A DNA stretch of 64,000 nucleotides from a virus. Made by a program: the position numbers and the translations under genes. This document shows positions 50,290 through 60,006 of the stretch, piece by piece (the stretch's first letter is position 1; the number at the start of each line of letters is the position of its first letter). Location of the stretch: the IMG/VR virus record IMGVR_UViG_3300032224_001676, positions 63,787 to 127,786 of that record, one strand, 5' to 3'. The notes below the pieces were generated by a model. That model saw only the letters and a program-made list of their open reading frames with translations. It searched no databases and was not told the DNA's origin.

Positions 50290-51336
50290 TTATTTTTGAA
50301 TTTTTTCTTTTATAACTTTTAATACATCTTCTTTTGAGACAGGATGTAATACTTCTTCGTATTTAATACTTTCTCTAGGATGATTTTTATTATATATTCT
50401 AGTAATATTTTCTGTTGGTTCATGATATGGAGGAGTGAAATCACTAATTAAAAATACATGAGAGCCACATCCCCACGCTAACCATGATAAGCCTGATGAG
50501 TTACCGACAAAAAATTCAGATTCGGCTAAATCTTTAATGCGATCTTCTAGTGGATAATCACCTGATTTGTTAGTAACATTTTTTAAATATGAGTATTCTT
50601 TACTAATTACTACAACTTCGTATCCATATTCATTGAATAAATCAACGATAGCTTGCCATCCTCCTATAATATTCCATTCTTTAGTTTTTAAACTAGCATA
50701 CTCACTAATACAAACTTTTTTCTTGCGTGGAATATTAGGATAGTTAATTTTTGGTTTAGATTCTTTATATTCTAATCCTAAAATATCAGAAGCAATTTTT
50801 TGTAATGGGTTATTTAAATATAAACTAGGTTGATACACTTTATTAGGACTGTTATTAGTACCTATATAATATTGAGCAGCAACATTAGTGATTTTAGTGT
50901 TAGGAGCTACAAACATTATGTTTGGGTATATTTGTTCAAATAATTCGTTAAAAAACGTAGAACATATTACATGACATTTATGTTTAATTCTAAATTGGTC
51001 TACATAATCAATCCATGCTAAATTATCACCTAATGCTCTAGCATCCATTTTAATGAACACTACTTTATTTTCTAAATCTAAAGTATAAGTTCCTAATATG
51101 TTGCTTTCTAAATCTTTAAAAATCAATTTCCATTTAGTGTAATACTGTCTAAACCCAGGAACTGGTTTATTGTCTAGTTTAACTAACCTAAAGTCTACTA
51201 GTTTATTAGTTTCATCATCTATAAATTCTACTATTATAGATGAATTTATTTCACTTTCAACTTCAGGGGAAGCTGTAATGATTGGTGTTCCTACCTCTAA
51301 TGGTAAGTTAGTTGAAAAATCGATTTTTATATTCAT
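50290..51336 (-). CDS. TibC/AAH-like (GT9-related) protein O-heptosyltransferase
   Basis: ALGDNLAW..YVDQFRIKHKC.VIC, PLQKIASDILGL, K.WN...GWQ, FVGNSSGLSWLAW...VFLISDFT. Confidence 0.75.
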   Translation of the reverse strand: MNIKIDFSTNLPLEVGTPIITASPEVESEINSSIIVEFIDDETNKLVDFRLVKLDNKPVPGFRQYYTKWKLIFKDLESNILGTYTLDLENKVVFIKMDARALGDNLAWIDYVDQFRIKHKCHVICSTFFNELFEQIYPNIMFVAPNTKITNVAAQYYIGTNNSPNKVYQPSLYLNNPLQKIASDILGLEYKESKPKINYPNIPRKKKVCISEYASLKTKEWNIIGGWQAIVDLFNEYGYEVVVISKEYSYLKNVTNKSGDYPLEDRIKDLAESEFFVGNSSGLSWLAWGCGSHVFLISDFTPPYHEPTENITRIYNKNHPRESIKYEEVLHPVSKEDVLKVIKEKIQK

Positions 51337-52622
51337 AATAAATTTTCTGCTACGTAAATTCCATGTGCGCCACTAACTGTTATACCTCTAGCACTCAAAG
51401 CATCTCCTACAAAATGTACATTAGGATAATTAGTTAAAGCTAAATTAGTATAATCAACTAGTGGTTCAGGACTTAAATATTTTACTTCAGGTATATACAT
51501 TCCCCAATCATTTCCAAATTCAAATACTTTATTCATTTGATCAATAAAGTTAATAATGTAATCAGCGTATTCACCCATTACTTCTTTAAATTGATTTAAA
51601 TTAAAAATTTGAACTGTGTTAACATTTTCGCCTTCAGATGTTTGTGATGGTGTACGAGATGGACTATAATATAATCCAATATTCCTAAATTGTAGTTTAC
51701 TTACTATTTCACGTGACCATTCAAATGGATTTTCAATACCTTTAATTTCCATTAAAATACCAAAATTAGTCATATCATTTCTAAATTCTTCACCTTTTTT
51801 AGCGTGACCATTATAAGTAATATCACCATATGTTTCCTCTACTGCTACATATGCTGCGTTATTGTTAGTACAGAACGAACGTAATGATACATTGTCAAAC
51901 TTTTGATATAGTTTAAAATCATAACTAACATCAATTAACTTTTGGAAATATTTTTGTGGTGCCTCAAAACGTACTCCAATTTGTACTGATTTTGGTTCAG
52001 TTGGTAGATTATATTGGTTAGATACTTTTTGGGCAAAGTCAATACCTGATTTGCCTACAGCAAATATAAGAGTATCATACATTATTGCTTCGTTTTCTCC
52101 ATACCCATCAATATAATTAACCCAATTGTTAGCTAAATTTAAATTAGTAACTTCTATCCCCCACATAAAATTAACACCATTGTCAATTAAATATTGATAC
52201 CATGTTTTAGCAATTTCATGTAGATAATTTGAACCAATATGCCATACAGGGAACAAACGTAATCCAAAATACGGTTTAATAAAATCAGGTTCTGCTTGTG
52301 GGTCAGAGCAAAATATTTCCTCTGGTTTAGGATGGAAACGTCTAAAGTTGTTAATGACTTGATCCATTAACCCCATTGCTTTTTCTTCACCACAATACTT
52401 TGATAATACACCTCCGATAGCAGTATGGTATGTTAATTTACCATCTGACCATCCACCTGCTCCTAACATTCCTGTCATTACCTCTTCAGGTAAACGATTA
52501 TGTGGGTCATTTCCTTTGTCTATGATTGTAATTAATTCACCTGGGTAACCATTATCGATTAATTTTGTAGCTGCGTTTATGCCTGCTACACCAGCGCCTA
52601 CTATAACTATTTTTTTATTCAT
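51333..52622 (-). CDS. FAD-dependent oxidoreductase (COG2509-like)
   Basis: IVGAGVAG, GAGGWSDGKL, IGVRFE, VGDALSARGIT. Confidence 0.8.
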   Translation of the reverse strand: MNKKIVIVGAGVAGINAATKLIDNGYPGELITIIDKGNDPHNRLPEEVMTGMLGAGGWSDGKLTYHTAIGGVLSKYCGEEKAMGLMDQVINNFRRFHPKPEEIFCSDPQAEPDFIKPYFGLRLFPVWHIGSNYLHEIAKTWYQYLIDNGVNFMWGIEVTNLNLANNWVNYIDGYGENEAIMYDTLIFAVGKSGIDFAQKVSNQYNLPTEPKSVQIGVRFEAPQKYFQKLIDVSYDFKLYQKFDNVSLRSFCTNNNAAYVAVEETYGDITYNGHAKKGEEFRNDMTNFGILMEIKGIENPFEWSREIVSKLQFRNIGLYYSPSRTPSQTSEGENVNTVQIFNLNQFKEVMGEYADYIINFIDQMNKVFEFGNDWGMYIPEVKYLSPEPLVDYTNLALTNYPNVHFVGDALSARGITVSGAHGIYVAENLL

Positions 52623-52628
52623 ATGCTA

Positions 52629-52660
52629 TAAAAATAATAAAGAATGGCCCGAAGGCCAAA
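52629..52660 (-). promoter_or_regulatory. Fused terminator hairpin and -33/-7 promoter (copy 3)
   Basis: Minus strand TTTGGCCTTCGGGCCATTCTTTAT-TATTTTTA; 20-bp spacer. Confidence 0.7.
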
Positions 52661-52684
52661 CTTTATTTTAAAATTTCAAATATA

Positions 52685-55465
52685 TTACTTAATTATGCCT
52701 GCTAATTTTTGCATTCTTGTAAATGACTCTTTTATAGGTTGTGTTGGTTTATTTTGAGTTGCTTTTTCATTTCTATCAGCAGCTGTCTCAGTGTTAGTAA
52801 GTTCATTAGCAGCCGCAACAATTGCTCCTCTAATTTGTGATTTATTCTTTAAGAACTCTGGGCTGAGGAATGGTATTATTTCGCGTAAAATAACTTGTAT
52901 AGCTTCTTCAGCACTGTCGATATTTTTAAAACGAGTTACTAAAGTAGGATTTTTAAGAATGTTTTGGATAGCAGTAGAAGCATCTTTTTCTTCTTCTGTA
53001 ATCCTGTTTCTCATTCCGTACATTAAACTTCGTAGTTTTGTCTTGTCTTGAATTAATTTTGGGTTAAATATACCTATAAGACCAGTAACAAGATCTTTAA
53101 GTTCATCTTTTTTGTTAATTAATTTAAGGTATCGTTGTATATCTTTTCTTTTCCCAATTTCTGCTCCCACTTTATCCGCGTCTGGTTGAGCTTTAGTACT
53201 TTTAGAATTTCTATCAAAATCACCAGTTCGTATTTGTTGTGCTGTGTCACCAGGTTTCATATAAACATAATTTCCTCCAGCTTGGGGTGCAAACCCCATA
53301 CCTTGGAGTTCTTTTTGTTCTTGTTTAGAAAGTTTTGAAGGATCTACAATACTAACATCTGTATTTCCGTCTGCAGCATACATGCTTCCTAATAATGCTA
53401 TAATAGCTACTCTGTTAGCTTTAATTTCTTCAGGTGTTATTCCTAATTCACTGAATAAATCATCAATAGCAGCCTCTTGTAAGTAAATTTGGGCTTCAGT
53501 TACTTGTGTAATTGGAGCTTGTGTATTAGCTCCAGGTTTAGTAGCAACTGCTTTAGCTCTTGGAGCTAACTCAATACCAGTAAGAGCAGATACTTTTTTC
53601 AGAAATGAATCTGGTGATTTTCTAAGATTTGGGATAAGTTTAGCTAATTTTTTAGCTGTTTCTGAAGCGTTACTGTCTTGAATTTTTTTAAAGTCGTTGT
53701 CTGAAAGACTAGTTATAGTGTTTTTACCTAATTGTGTAAAAATATTAAGTTTAGGACTCATGCGAGATAAAACCATCGCTATTTGTCCATTTCTATTTAA
53801 TTTAGATAAATTAGTAACGTCTTGTTTAGCTTGAGCAGGTCTAATAGGAGCAGCCTTTTTATCAGATACATCTAATGGTGGAAGTACTACACCAGTTTTA
53901 TCAGATTTATTTGATGATGTTTTTGGTGTTTCTTCATCAGATGGTTTTTCTTTTTCTGATGGTTTTTCTTTTTTACCACCGTATGTGTCAAAAAGAGGAT
54001 CATATCCTAATAAAGTTGTAGGATTAGGAGGTGTTACTGGGGCGTCTTTTTCTCCAACTTCACCTACTCTAATAGCAGATTGGGTGGCTGTGTCATCGGT
54101 TCTATCAATTTGGGTTAATTTATCAATGTCGTTTCCCCCACCAATTTTTAACTCATATGTCCCTCCATCTTCTAGCTCAATTGTGTTTCCACTTCTAGTA
54201 TATTTTATACCATCTTCTTTTAATTGAGATTCAATATCATCAATAGCTGCCTCAGCAGTGTTATTAGCTCTATTAACATTTAAGTCTCCTCCTTGTGCAT
54301 CTACATTAGAGTTATTAGCAGAGTGACTTGATGCTCCTAAAATTGTTTCAGAATAGTTTTGACCATTCTTTAAGAATTTAATAATATCAGCATTTTCCTG
54401 GCTAATTTTCTTTAAATCGTCTTGGTCTAATTGGCTAGAACCATTTTTAAATTTAATAAAGTTAACAGTTTGATTATCATCACTATCAATATCTAATCCT
54501 TGTTTTTTAGCATCTGCTAAATCTGGGTTATCTGTCTCTAAATCTCCTAAATCGTCTGATGAGTCGTCAGCATCGTCGCCTCCATCATCACCTCCATTGT
54601 CATCGGGAGATTGTCCATTATCATCTAAAGCAGCACCAGATTGCCCACCAGCATCTGCTGAAGATTCCCCATTTAAAAAGCTGTTAATTTGATCATTAGA
54701 GAAACCTGCTTTAGCAAGTTGTCTAATAGTTTCTTGAGAAGCAGCATCGCTTCCATCCATATCAATATCTGTTACTGCATCTACGGCATTTCCTATATCG
54801 TCAGCTAACCCAACATAAGCTGTACCTAAAAACATTGCGCCTGAAAGAAGTTTACCTATAAGCGTATCAGTAAAAAATTTATTGAGAGAAGATATTACTC
54901 CTTTATTTTCAGTTTTACCTGCTTTATTAAGTTTACTTCCAACTGATTTCCATGTGTCTTTAGTAATAAATATTTCTTTTGTTTGGTCGCCTTCTTCGTC
55001 TGTAGGTTGATCAAAATAATAACCTTCTACACCATTAACTGTAACCCATTTTGGTTCCTCAGCCTTTGCTTCATTTAATGATTTGTTTTTTATAATACTA
55101 ATTGCAGCTGCTACTTCTTCTTTATTTTTAAGATCTATTCCTGCGTTACGTAATGCACTTAATGCTGCTAATGCTTCAGCTGGTTTTTTAGTAGATGTTA
55201 ATGATTTGAGAAACTTATCTAATTTTGGGAGTTGTTTTTTAGAAAAATTATCCTTTACAACTGAGAAGAATTTTTTAAGTTTGTTTTCCGTTAACTGGCT
55301 TTCTAATAGTGTAGATCTGCGAGTTAATAAATGTTCTTTAATGAGAAAATTAAGTAGAACATTATGGTTTTTAGTGTATGTTATTTTATTATGATTTTTA
55401 TTAGTAGGTTGAGCACCCGCTAATTTTTGCATACGAGCGAACTGCTCGTTAAGAGGTTGTATCAT
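52685..55465 (-). CDS. 926-aa protein with RMQKLAG at both ends, a hydrophobic segment and an OmpA-like domain
   Basis: N-terminal LNEQFARMQKLAG, C-terminal IKESFTRMQKLAGIIK; LIGKLLSGAMFLGTAYVGLA; IKFKNGSSQL...ILGASS...LNVNRA. Confidence 0.6.
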   Translation of the reverse strand: MIQPLNEQFARMQKLAGAQPTNKNHNKITYTKNHNVLLNFLIKEHLLTRRSTLLESQLTENKLKKFFSVVKDNFSKKQLPKLDKFLKSLTSTKKPAEALAALSALRNAGIDLKNKEEVAAAISIIKNKSLNEAKAEEPKWVTVNGVEGYYFDQPTDEEGDQTKEIFITKDTWKSVGSKLNKAGKTENKGVISSLNKFFTDTLIGKLLSGAMFLGTAYVGLADDIGNAVDAVTDIDMDGSDAASQETIRQLAKAGFSNDQINSFLNGESSADAGGQSGAALDDNGQSPDDNGGDDGGDDADDSSDDLGDLETDNPDLADAKKQGLDIDSDDNQTVNFIKFKNGSSQLDQDDLKKISQENADIIKFLKNGQNYSETILGASSHSANNSNVDAQGGDLNVNRANNTAEAAIDDIESQLKEDGIKYTRSGNTIELEDGGTYELKIGGGNDIDKLTQIDRTDDTATQSAIRVGEVGEKDAPVTPPNPTTLLGYDPLFDTYGGKKEKPSEKEKPSDEETPKTSSNKSDKTGVVLPPLDVSDKKAAPIRPAQAKQDVTNLSKLNRNGQIAMVLSRMSPKLNIFTQLGKNTITSLSDNDFKKIQDSNASETAKKLAKLIPNLRKSPDSFLKKVSALTGIELAPRAKAVATKPGANTQAPITQVTEAQIYLQEAAIDDLFSELGITPEEIKANRVAIIALLGSMYAADGNTDVSIVDPSKLSKQEQKELQGMGFAPQAGGNYVYMKPGDTAQQIRTGDFDRNSKSTKAQPDADKVGAEIGKRKDIQRYLKLINKKDELKDLVTGLIGIFNPKLIQDKTKLRSLMYGMRNRITEEEKDASTAIQNILKNPTLVTRFKNIDSAEEAIQVILREIIPFLSPEFLKNKSQIRGAIVAAANELTNTETAADRNEKATQNKPTQPIKESFTRMQKLAGIIK

Positions 55466-55722
55466 GATTTATAAATTTTCAATTTTAAAGTGCCAGTTCC
55501 TTTTATAACACGATGCCACTCATGTTTAGGAATAAATATTGGAGAATCCATAGAAGTTGGTAACTGATTTTCAAGTTGTATTTTCCAATCAGTTTCTCCT
55601 ATAATTTCTACAGTGCGATGCTCATTATCTCTATGCCACATCAATTCAATAGGATCTATATTTTCGCTAAATTCACGAATAATATACTTATCTGTAACTT
55701 CTATATCTATGTAAGGTCTCAT
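55462..55722 (-). CDS. Small cupin-like protein
   Basis: LMWHRDNE...IFIPKHEWHRVIKG. Confidence 0.6.
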   Translation of the reverse strand: MRPYIDIEVTDKYIIREFSENIDPIELMWHRDNEHRTVEIIGETDWKIQLENQLPTSMDSPIFIPKHEWHRVIKGTGTLKLKIYKS

Positions 55723-55970
55723 TCTGCTTTAGGCAAGAACCAATTAGAACACCACATTGATGGATCTTTTATCTGCTCATTAGTTATAGGATCTATTAAT
55801 TCATTAGTACCCATATAATTTTGGTAATTTTTATTACCACAGTAGTGTTTATCCTCTTGCATGCTGTAAAATCTACAAACATGACATCCAAATCCATCAT
55901 GTGAATACATGTATGGTGGGTATTTTTTCTCTGTTTGAGTTTCGCTTAATAAGTCAATTAGTTTAATCAT
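55719..55970 (-). CDS. Cys-rich small protein with MIKLIDLLSE leader
   Basis: CHVC...C...CSNW. Confidence 0.55.
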   Translation of the reverse strand: MIKLIDLLSETQTEKKYPPYMYSHDGFGCHVCRFYSMQEDKHYCGNKNYQNYMGTNELIDPITNEQIKDPSMWCSNWFLPKAE

Positions 55971-55974
55971 TTTA

Positions 55975-56403
55975 TTATAGACCTTTTAGTTCAATATCGC
56001 CAATTTGTTTAAAATAGTTTACACCGTCTATTCTACGGATATCACCTATGATGCCTTTAACATCTTCTTTTCCAAATCCACCTTTACCTATATAAGGATG
56101 AGGGTCAACTTTAATACTTAATACAGATTCATCAGTTTGAGGAGTTATATTTTCTCCTTCAGCTGGTTTAGTAGACACAATTGTAACACCAGTTAAAGAA
56201 CGAATATCTGATAGTACTTCTTCTTTGTTGCGTTTATTGGTATTTACTGATAAAAGGCCTTTAAATTTATATACAGTAGATTTTGTCACAGCTTCGGCCA
56301 TATTGCCACTTTTAGGGCGGATATGAGCTATTTCATCTAGTATTTCTCTTATTGTTTGTTTGATTTTATGTTGGTTCATATTAATTATTTTGTTTTTCCC
56401 CAT
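55975..56403 (-). CDS. Hypothetical protein (IKQTIREIL leader)
   Basis: 142-aa ORF; true start probably the second Met. Confidence 0.55.
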   Translation of the reverse strand: MGKNKIINMNQHKIKQTIREILDEIAHIRPKSGNMAEAVTKSTVYKFKGLLSVNTNKRNKEEVLSDIRSLTGVTIVSTKPAEGENITPQTDESVLSIKVDPHPYIGKGGFGKEDVKGIIGDIRRIDGVNYFKQIGDIELKGL

Positions 56404-57266
56404 TTTTTACCCTTACCTTTAGTTTTACATTGGGCGGGTGTAGGCCGACATGATGGGTATTTAGCGCGGTTTTCGCCTTTTTTGCGACCACAAGACTTAC
56501 ACTTACCATCACGGCATGTGTTACAGTCTACCCAACCGCCTTCTTTACCAGGTGTCCCTTTACGTTTAAACCATTTATGTAATGATTCATCTTCTGAGAT
56601 AAGTTCATATTTCCATTTTTGAATTGATTCTAAATAACTACGAGCCGCGGATTTGTCTTTAGTAAAAGATAGTAATTTACCTTGATCCTTTTTTAAGATT
56701 ATTTGTCTTAATTTATTTTTAAAATTATTTGTGTTAATTTTTTTATTTTCTATTGAATTTATATCAATATTTAATCCTGTGTTATTGGTATAGTATATAT
56801 ATTCAAAAGAAAAATTAGGATCTAAACGAGCTATAACTTCCTTTTCATGCTTAAACGTGCTATATAAGTTATTGTATAATTCATTATCTTGATTATCTTC
56901 TAAAAATTTATCTAAATCAATATACTCTGTATTTTGTTTTATAATAACAATTAAAGGATTTAAATCTAAAACTCTATATATTTCTCCTTTATTAGTATAT
57001 CCGTTCCTTTTAAGGTAAAGAAATATAGATTCTGGGAATTTATCTGGTCTTTTAAAATCCGCAGTATTTATCCAAGACCCAAGAAATTTAGGTATATTTA
57101 ATTCTTCTTTTAAATTTTTCCAGATTTTACCTTGACGACATCTAACAATAGCCCCAGATTTGTAAGCAGATGGTTTATCGTACTTACGATCAGCAATGCG
57201 TTTACAACGATCCGCTTTTTTCTTCTTTTCTTCAAGAAGTTGTCTTAGTATCTCTGTAATTTTCAT
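56385..57266 (-). CDS. Modular protein with basic Cys-rich terminal modules flanking an AT-rich central domain
   Basis: N-terminal DRCKRIADRKYDKPSAYKSGAIVRCR; C-terminal WVDCNTC...CGRKKGE..KYPSCRP. Confidence 0.6.
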   Translation of the reverse strand: MKITEILRQLLEEKKKKADRCKRIADRKYDKPSAYKSGAIVRCRQGKIWKNLKEELNIPKFLGSWINTADFKRPDKFPESIFLYLKRNGYTNKGEIYRVLDLNPLIVIIKQNTEYIDLDKFLEDNQDNELYNNLYSTFKHEKEVIARLDPNFSFEYIYYTNNTGLNIDINSIENKKINTNNFKNKLRQIILKKDQGKLLSFTKDKSAARSYLESIQKWKYELISEDESLHKWFKRKGTPGKEGGWVDCNTCRDGKCKSCGRKKGENRAKYPSCRPTPAQCKTKGKGKKWGKTK

Positions 57267-57267
57267 A

Positions 57268-57981
57268 TTACCAGTATCCTGAAAATGTTGTTTTGATTCC
57301 TAATAATTTAGCGTAGCGGGGTAAACGGCATGACCAATATGAAGCTTTTGTCTTATCTTTCTTTTGAGGACAATTATGACGTTTAGAGAACGCTTGGCGC
57401 GCTTTAGGGTTATTTAGTTTAGCATGTAATCCACCTCCGGCCATACCAAATGATACTTTTTTAATACGTTTGGTTTTAGGATCTCTAACATAAACGTAGA
57501 ATTTTTTAGAACCCCCACGATGAGGTTTATTAAGAGGTGGAGTTTTCTTTTTACCATCTTCAGATATAGGCTCATCAGATATGGTATTAATATCAGCTGC
57601 TTCTGAGTCTTCTGCTTCCATAATTGGGAAGTCAAGAGGAACTATTTTGTTCTCGAATACACCCACAACACCTAAATCTGTTTTCTCAAATAGTTCTTTA
57701 TCAGTACCTTGTAATTCTATAATGCCTTGTTTCCACAAATTTCTAGCTTCAATAACTAGATTGATATGAGATGTTGATGCGGCGCGGAAAACACTTTCGT
57801 TAATCGCGATTTTATTGGTTATATGATACCTTAAATTCTCAGAAATAGGAGCATCGTATTGTTTAGATTCATTTAATATAGGCGCTTTATTGCAGTTGCG
57901 AGAACATCCACAATCACACTTTTTTTTAGATTTTAATCTAATTAATGCTTCTTTAAGTATTTTATCTTCTAAACTTTTCAT
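57268..57981 (-). CDS. Modular protein with a basic C-terminal domain typical of large phages
   Basis: LNKPHRGGSKKFYVYV...KKVSFG...ARQAFSKRHNC...YWSC. Confidence 0.6.
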   Translation of the reverse strand: MKSLEDKILKEALIRLKSKKKCDCGCSRNCNKAPILNESKQYDAPISENLRYHITNKIAINESVFRAASTSHINLVIEARNLWKQGIIELQGTDKELFEKTDLGVVGVFENKIVPLDFPIMEAEDSEAADINTISDEPISEDGKKKTPPLNKPHRGGSKKFYVYVRDPKTKRIKKVSFGMAGGGLHAKLNNPKARQAFSKRHNCPQKKDKTKASYWSCRLPRYAKLLGIKTTFSGYW

Positions 57982-58625
57982 AATAATTCTATTTGGGTTA
58001 TAAATCTAATTCTAACTTTATCTCCTATTTTAAAAGATTTAGTTGATTTCAAATTATGTCCGGTTTTCATTAAATTATCTAACAGTGGGTAAAAATCCAT
58101 TAAACTTAAACCTTCTTTTAGTTGGTTTTCTAATGTAAGGGAGTTACCTGTAGCAGATAACTCACGAGTAATGGTATCACCTAATGATAAATAGTATAAA
58201 ATTTCACTAGATATCATCCTTAATGTTAAATCAGGAGATGAAGTGTTAGTTACAAAACAATAAAATTTATTAGAGACGTTAGATGCGAAAGAGGTTTGAA
58301 GATGAGACTGGATAGTGTTGTCTCTAGATGATTTAATTTCTATTTGGTTATTACCTATTAATATATCATCATGTCCTCTTTCTGAGAATACTCCTTTAGA
58401 TAAAGAATAGTTGACTAAGACTTGCTCGATTTCTTTGCCTATATTACTGTGAGTCCCAGTTGAATGTTGTTTCCAATTAGGTATAACATACATAGGAGTA
58501 GGGAATACTATGTTAATAGGATCTAAGTCTCTATTATTATTATAAGTAAATCGAGCTAGTTCATTGAAGTACTCTACTCGAGTTTGGTTTAAACTCTGGG
58601 TAGGTATTGAATCAAATGTAACCAT
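57978..58625 (-). CDS. Possible PD-(D/E)xK nuclease
   Basis: GKEIEQ...GHDDILIGNNQIEIKSS. Confidence 0.4.
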   Translation of the reverse strand: MVTFDSIPTQSLNQTRVEYFNELARFTYNNNRDLDPINIVFPTPMYVIPNWKQHSTGTHSNIGKEIEQVLVNYSLSKGVFSERGHDDILIGNNQIEIKSSRDNTIQSHLQTSFASNVSNKFYCFVTNTSSPDLTLRMISSEILYYLSLGDTITRELSATGNSLTLENQLKEGLSLMDFYPLLDNLMKTGHNLKSTKSFKIGDKVRIRFITQIELL

Positions 58626-58633
58626 AGAATAAC

Positions 58634-59482
58634 TTATTTGGTTATTATCTTTATGAGCTCTTCTTTAATGATTTGTTTTAGTTGGTCTTTAGATAATGCT
58701 TGTTCAGTTAAACTTTTAAATTCTCTATAATTAAGTTGTGGGAAATCTTTTAGTATATCCTTTTTTAGAATTTCAACTGTGCTTTTATATTTTTGTGGTG
58801 CTGATACAGGGGCAGTAGTTGTAGCGTATTTTTGAGAAGCGGCTGTTGGTTTATATAAGTTAGAACTTATAAGAAGTCCTACTATGTTAGCTGCTCCTTT
58901 AGTACCAAATGAAGCTACCTTTTTTTCAAATTCTATATTATTATCTCTAAGAATGTCTTGTATTTTTTCAAAGTTCTCTTTTCCACCAAAATTATGAATA
59001 AATACTCTTAATTTTTTATCAAGACGAGGTCTTGTGTTATCATCATTTTCTTCATTAATCATTTTAGTATCAATTTTAATAAGATTTTTTAAACTTTTTC
59101 TATATGTTTGTAACCCATTTAATGTTACAAATACATTAACTCCGTCTGGGGAGATATTTTTAACATAATATATTTTAGGGTCATTTTTAAATTCAACTTG
59201 TGAATTTGTTTTTAACATTTGTTTAATTCTACCTAAATCTGCCTCATTTAATGGAACTTCATCGTATATGTTATTATTACGTTCTATATATAAGATATCC
59301 ATGTATGTCTCAATATCATCTTCAGACAATCCTTTTTCACTTAATATATCACGTATAATGTCTTCTAATTCAAGACTTTCGTCACTATTAGCTGGAGAGT
59401 TAACAAATTCCTTCCTTAATGTAGGATTTAATTTTATGTTAGCTACAACTGATGGTGATATTTCTTTAATATTCTTTTTCAT
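58634..59482 (-). CDS. Hypothetical modular protein ending LKQIIKEEL
   Basis: 282 aa with LNE, INE and LTE sites. Confidence 0.55.
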   Translation of the reverse strand: MKKNIKEISPSVVANIKLNPTLRKEFVNSPANSDESLELEDIIRDILSEKGLSEDDIETYMDILYIERNNNIYDEVPLNEADLGRIKQMLKTNSQVEFKNDPKIYYVKNISPDGVNVFVTLNGLQTYRKSLKNLIKIDTKMINEENDDNTRPRLDKKLRVFIHNFGGKENFEKIQDILRDNNIEFEKKVASFGTKGAANIVGLLISSNLYKPTAASQKYATTTAPVSAPQKYKSTVEILKKDILKDFPQLNYREFKSLTEQALSKDQLKQIIKEELIKIITK

Positions 59483-60006
59483 TATACTTCAGCTGGTATT
59501 TCTTCTTCTGGTTTTGGAGCCTCTTCTTCAGGTTCAGGTGTTTCTTCCGCAGGTGGGGGTGTTTCTTCTCCACCTTCAGGTTCTTTTTCTGGCTCTGAGG
59601 CCCAAGCATATGATAATATACGTGCTATAGATTCAGCAGCACGCTCTTCTTCAGGAAGGTTTAGTAAATAATATTGTTTGCCTTCTACTTTAGCGATCCA
59701 AGATTTAGCAGTATGGGTAAGATAAAAACTTTGCCCATTGTTTAATATAATCTTAAGAGTAGTAGGTCTAGGAGCAGTCCATTGAATTTCTTCTATAAAT
59801 GACTCATATTGATCTGTTAGTAAATCTATCAAAATACCTTTTAAAGGTGGAAATTTAGTTAAGATAGGAAATCTCCCAGCATCAAATGATATAGGAGGAG
59901 TAACAGTATCTAAATTTATTTCTTGAGACGAAGCTGATGATTTGCTTGAATCAGAAACTTGTTTGATGACAGTTTTAATTTTTTCTATTAATTCTTTCTT
60001 GGTCAT
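59482..60006 (-). CDS. Hypothetical protein with an acidic Pro/Glu tail
   Basis: 174-aa coupled ORF. Confidence 0.55.
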   Translation of the reverse strand: MTKKELIEKIKTVIKQVSDSSKSSASSQEINLDTVTPPISFDAGRFPILTKFPPLKGILIDLLTDQYESFIEEIQWTAPRPTTLKIILNNGQSFYLTHTAKSWIAKVEGKQYYLLNLPEEERAAESIARILSYAWASEPEKEPEGGEETPPPAEETPEPEEEAPKPEEEIPAEV

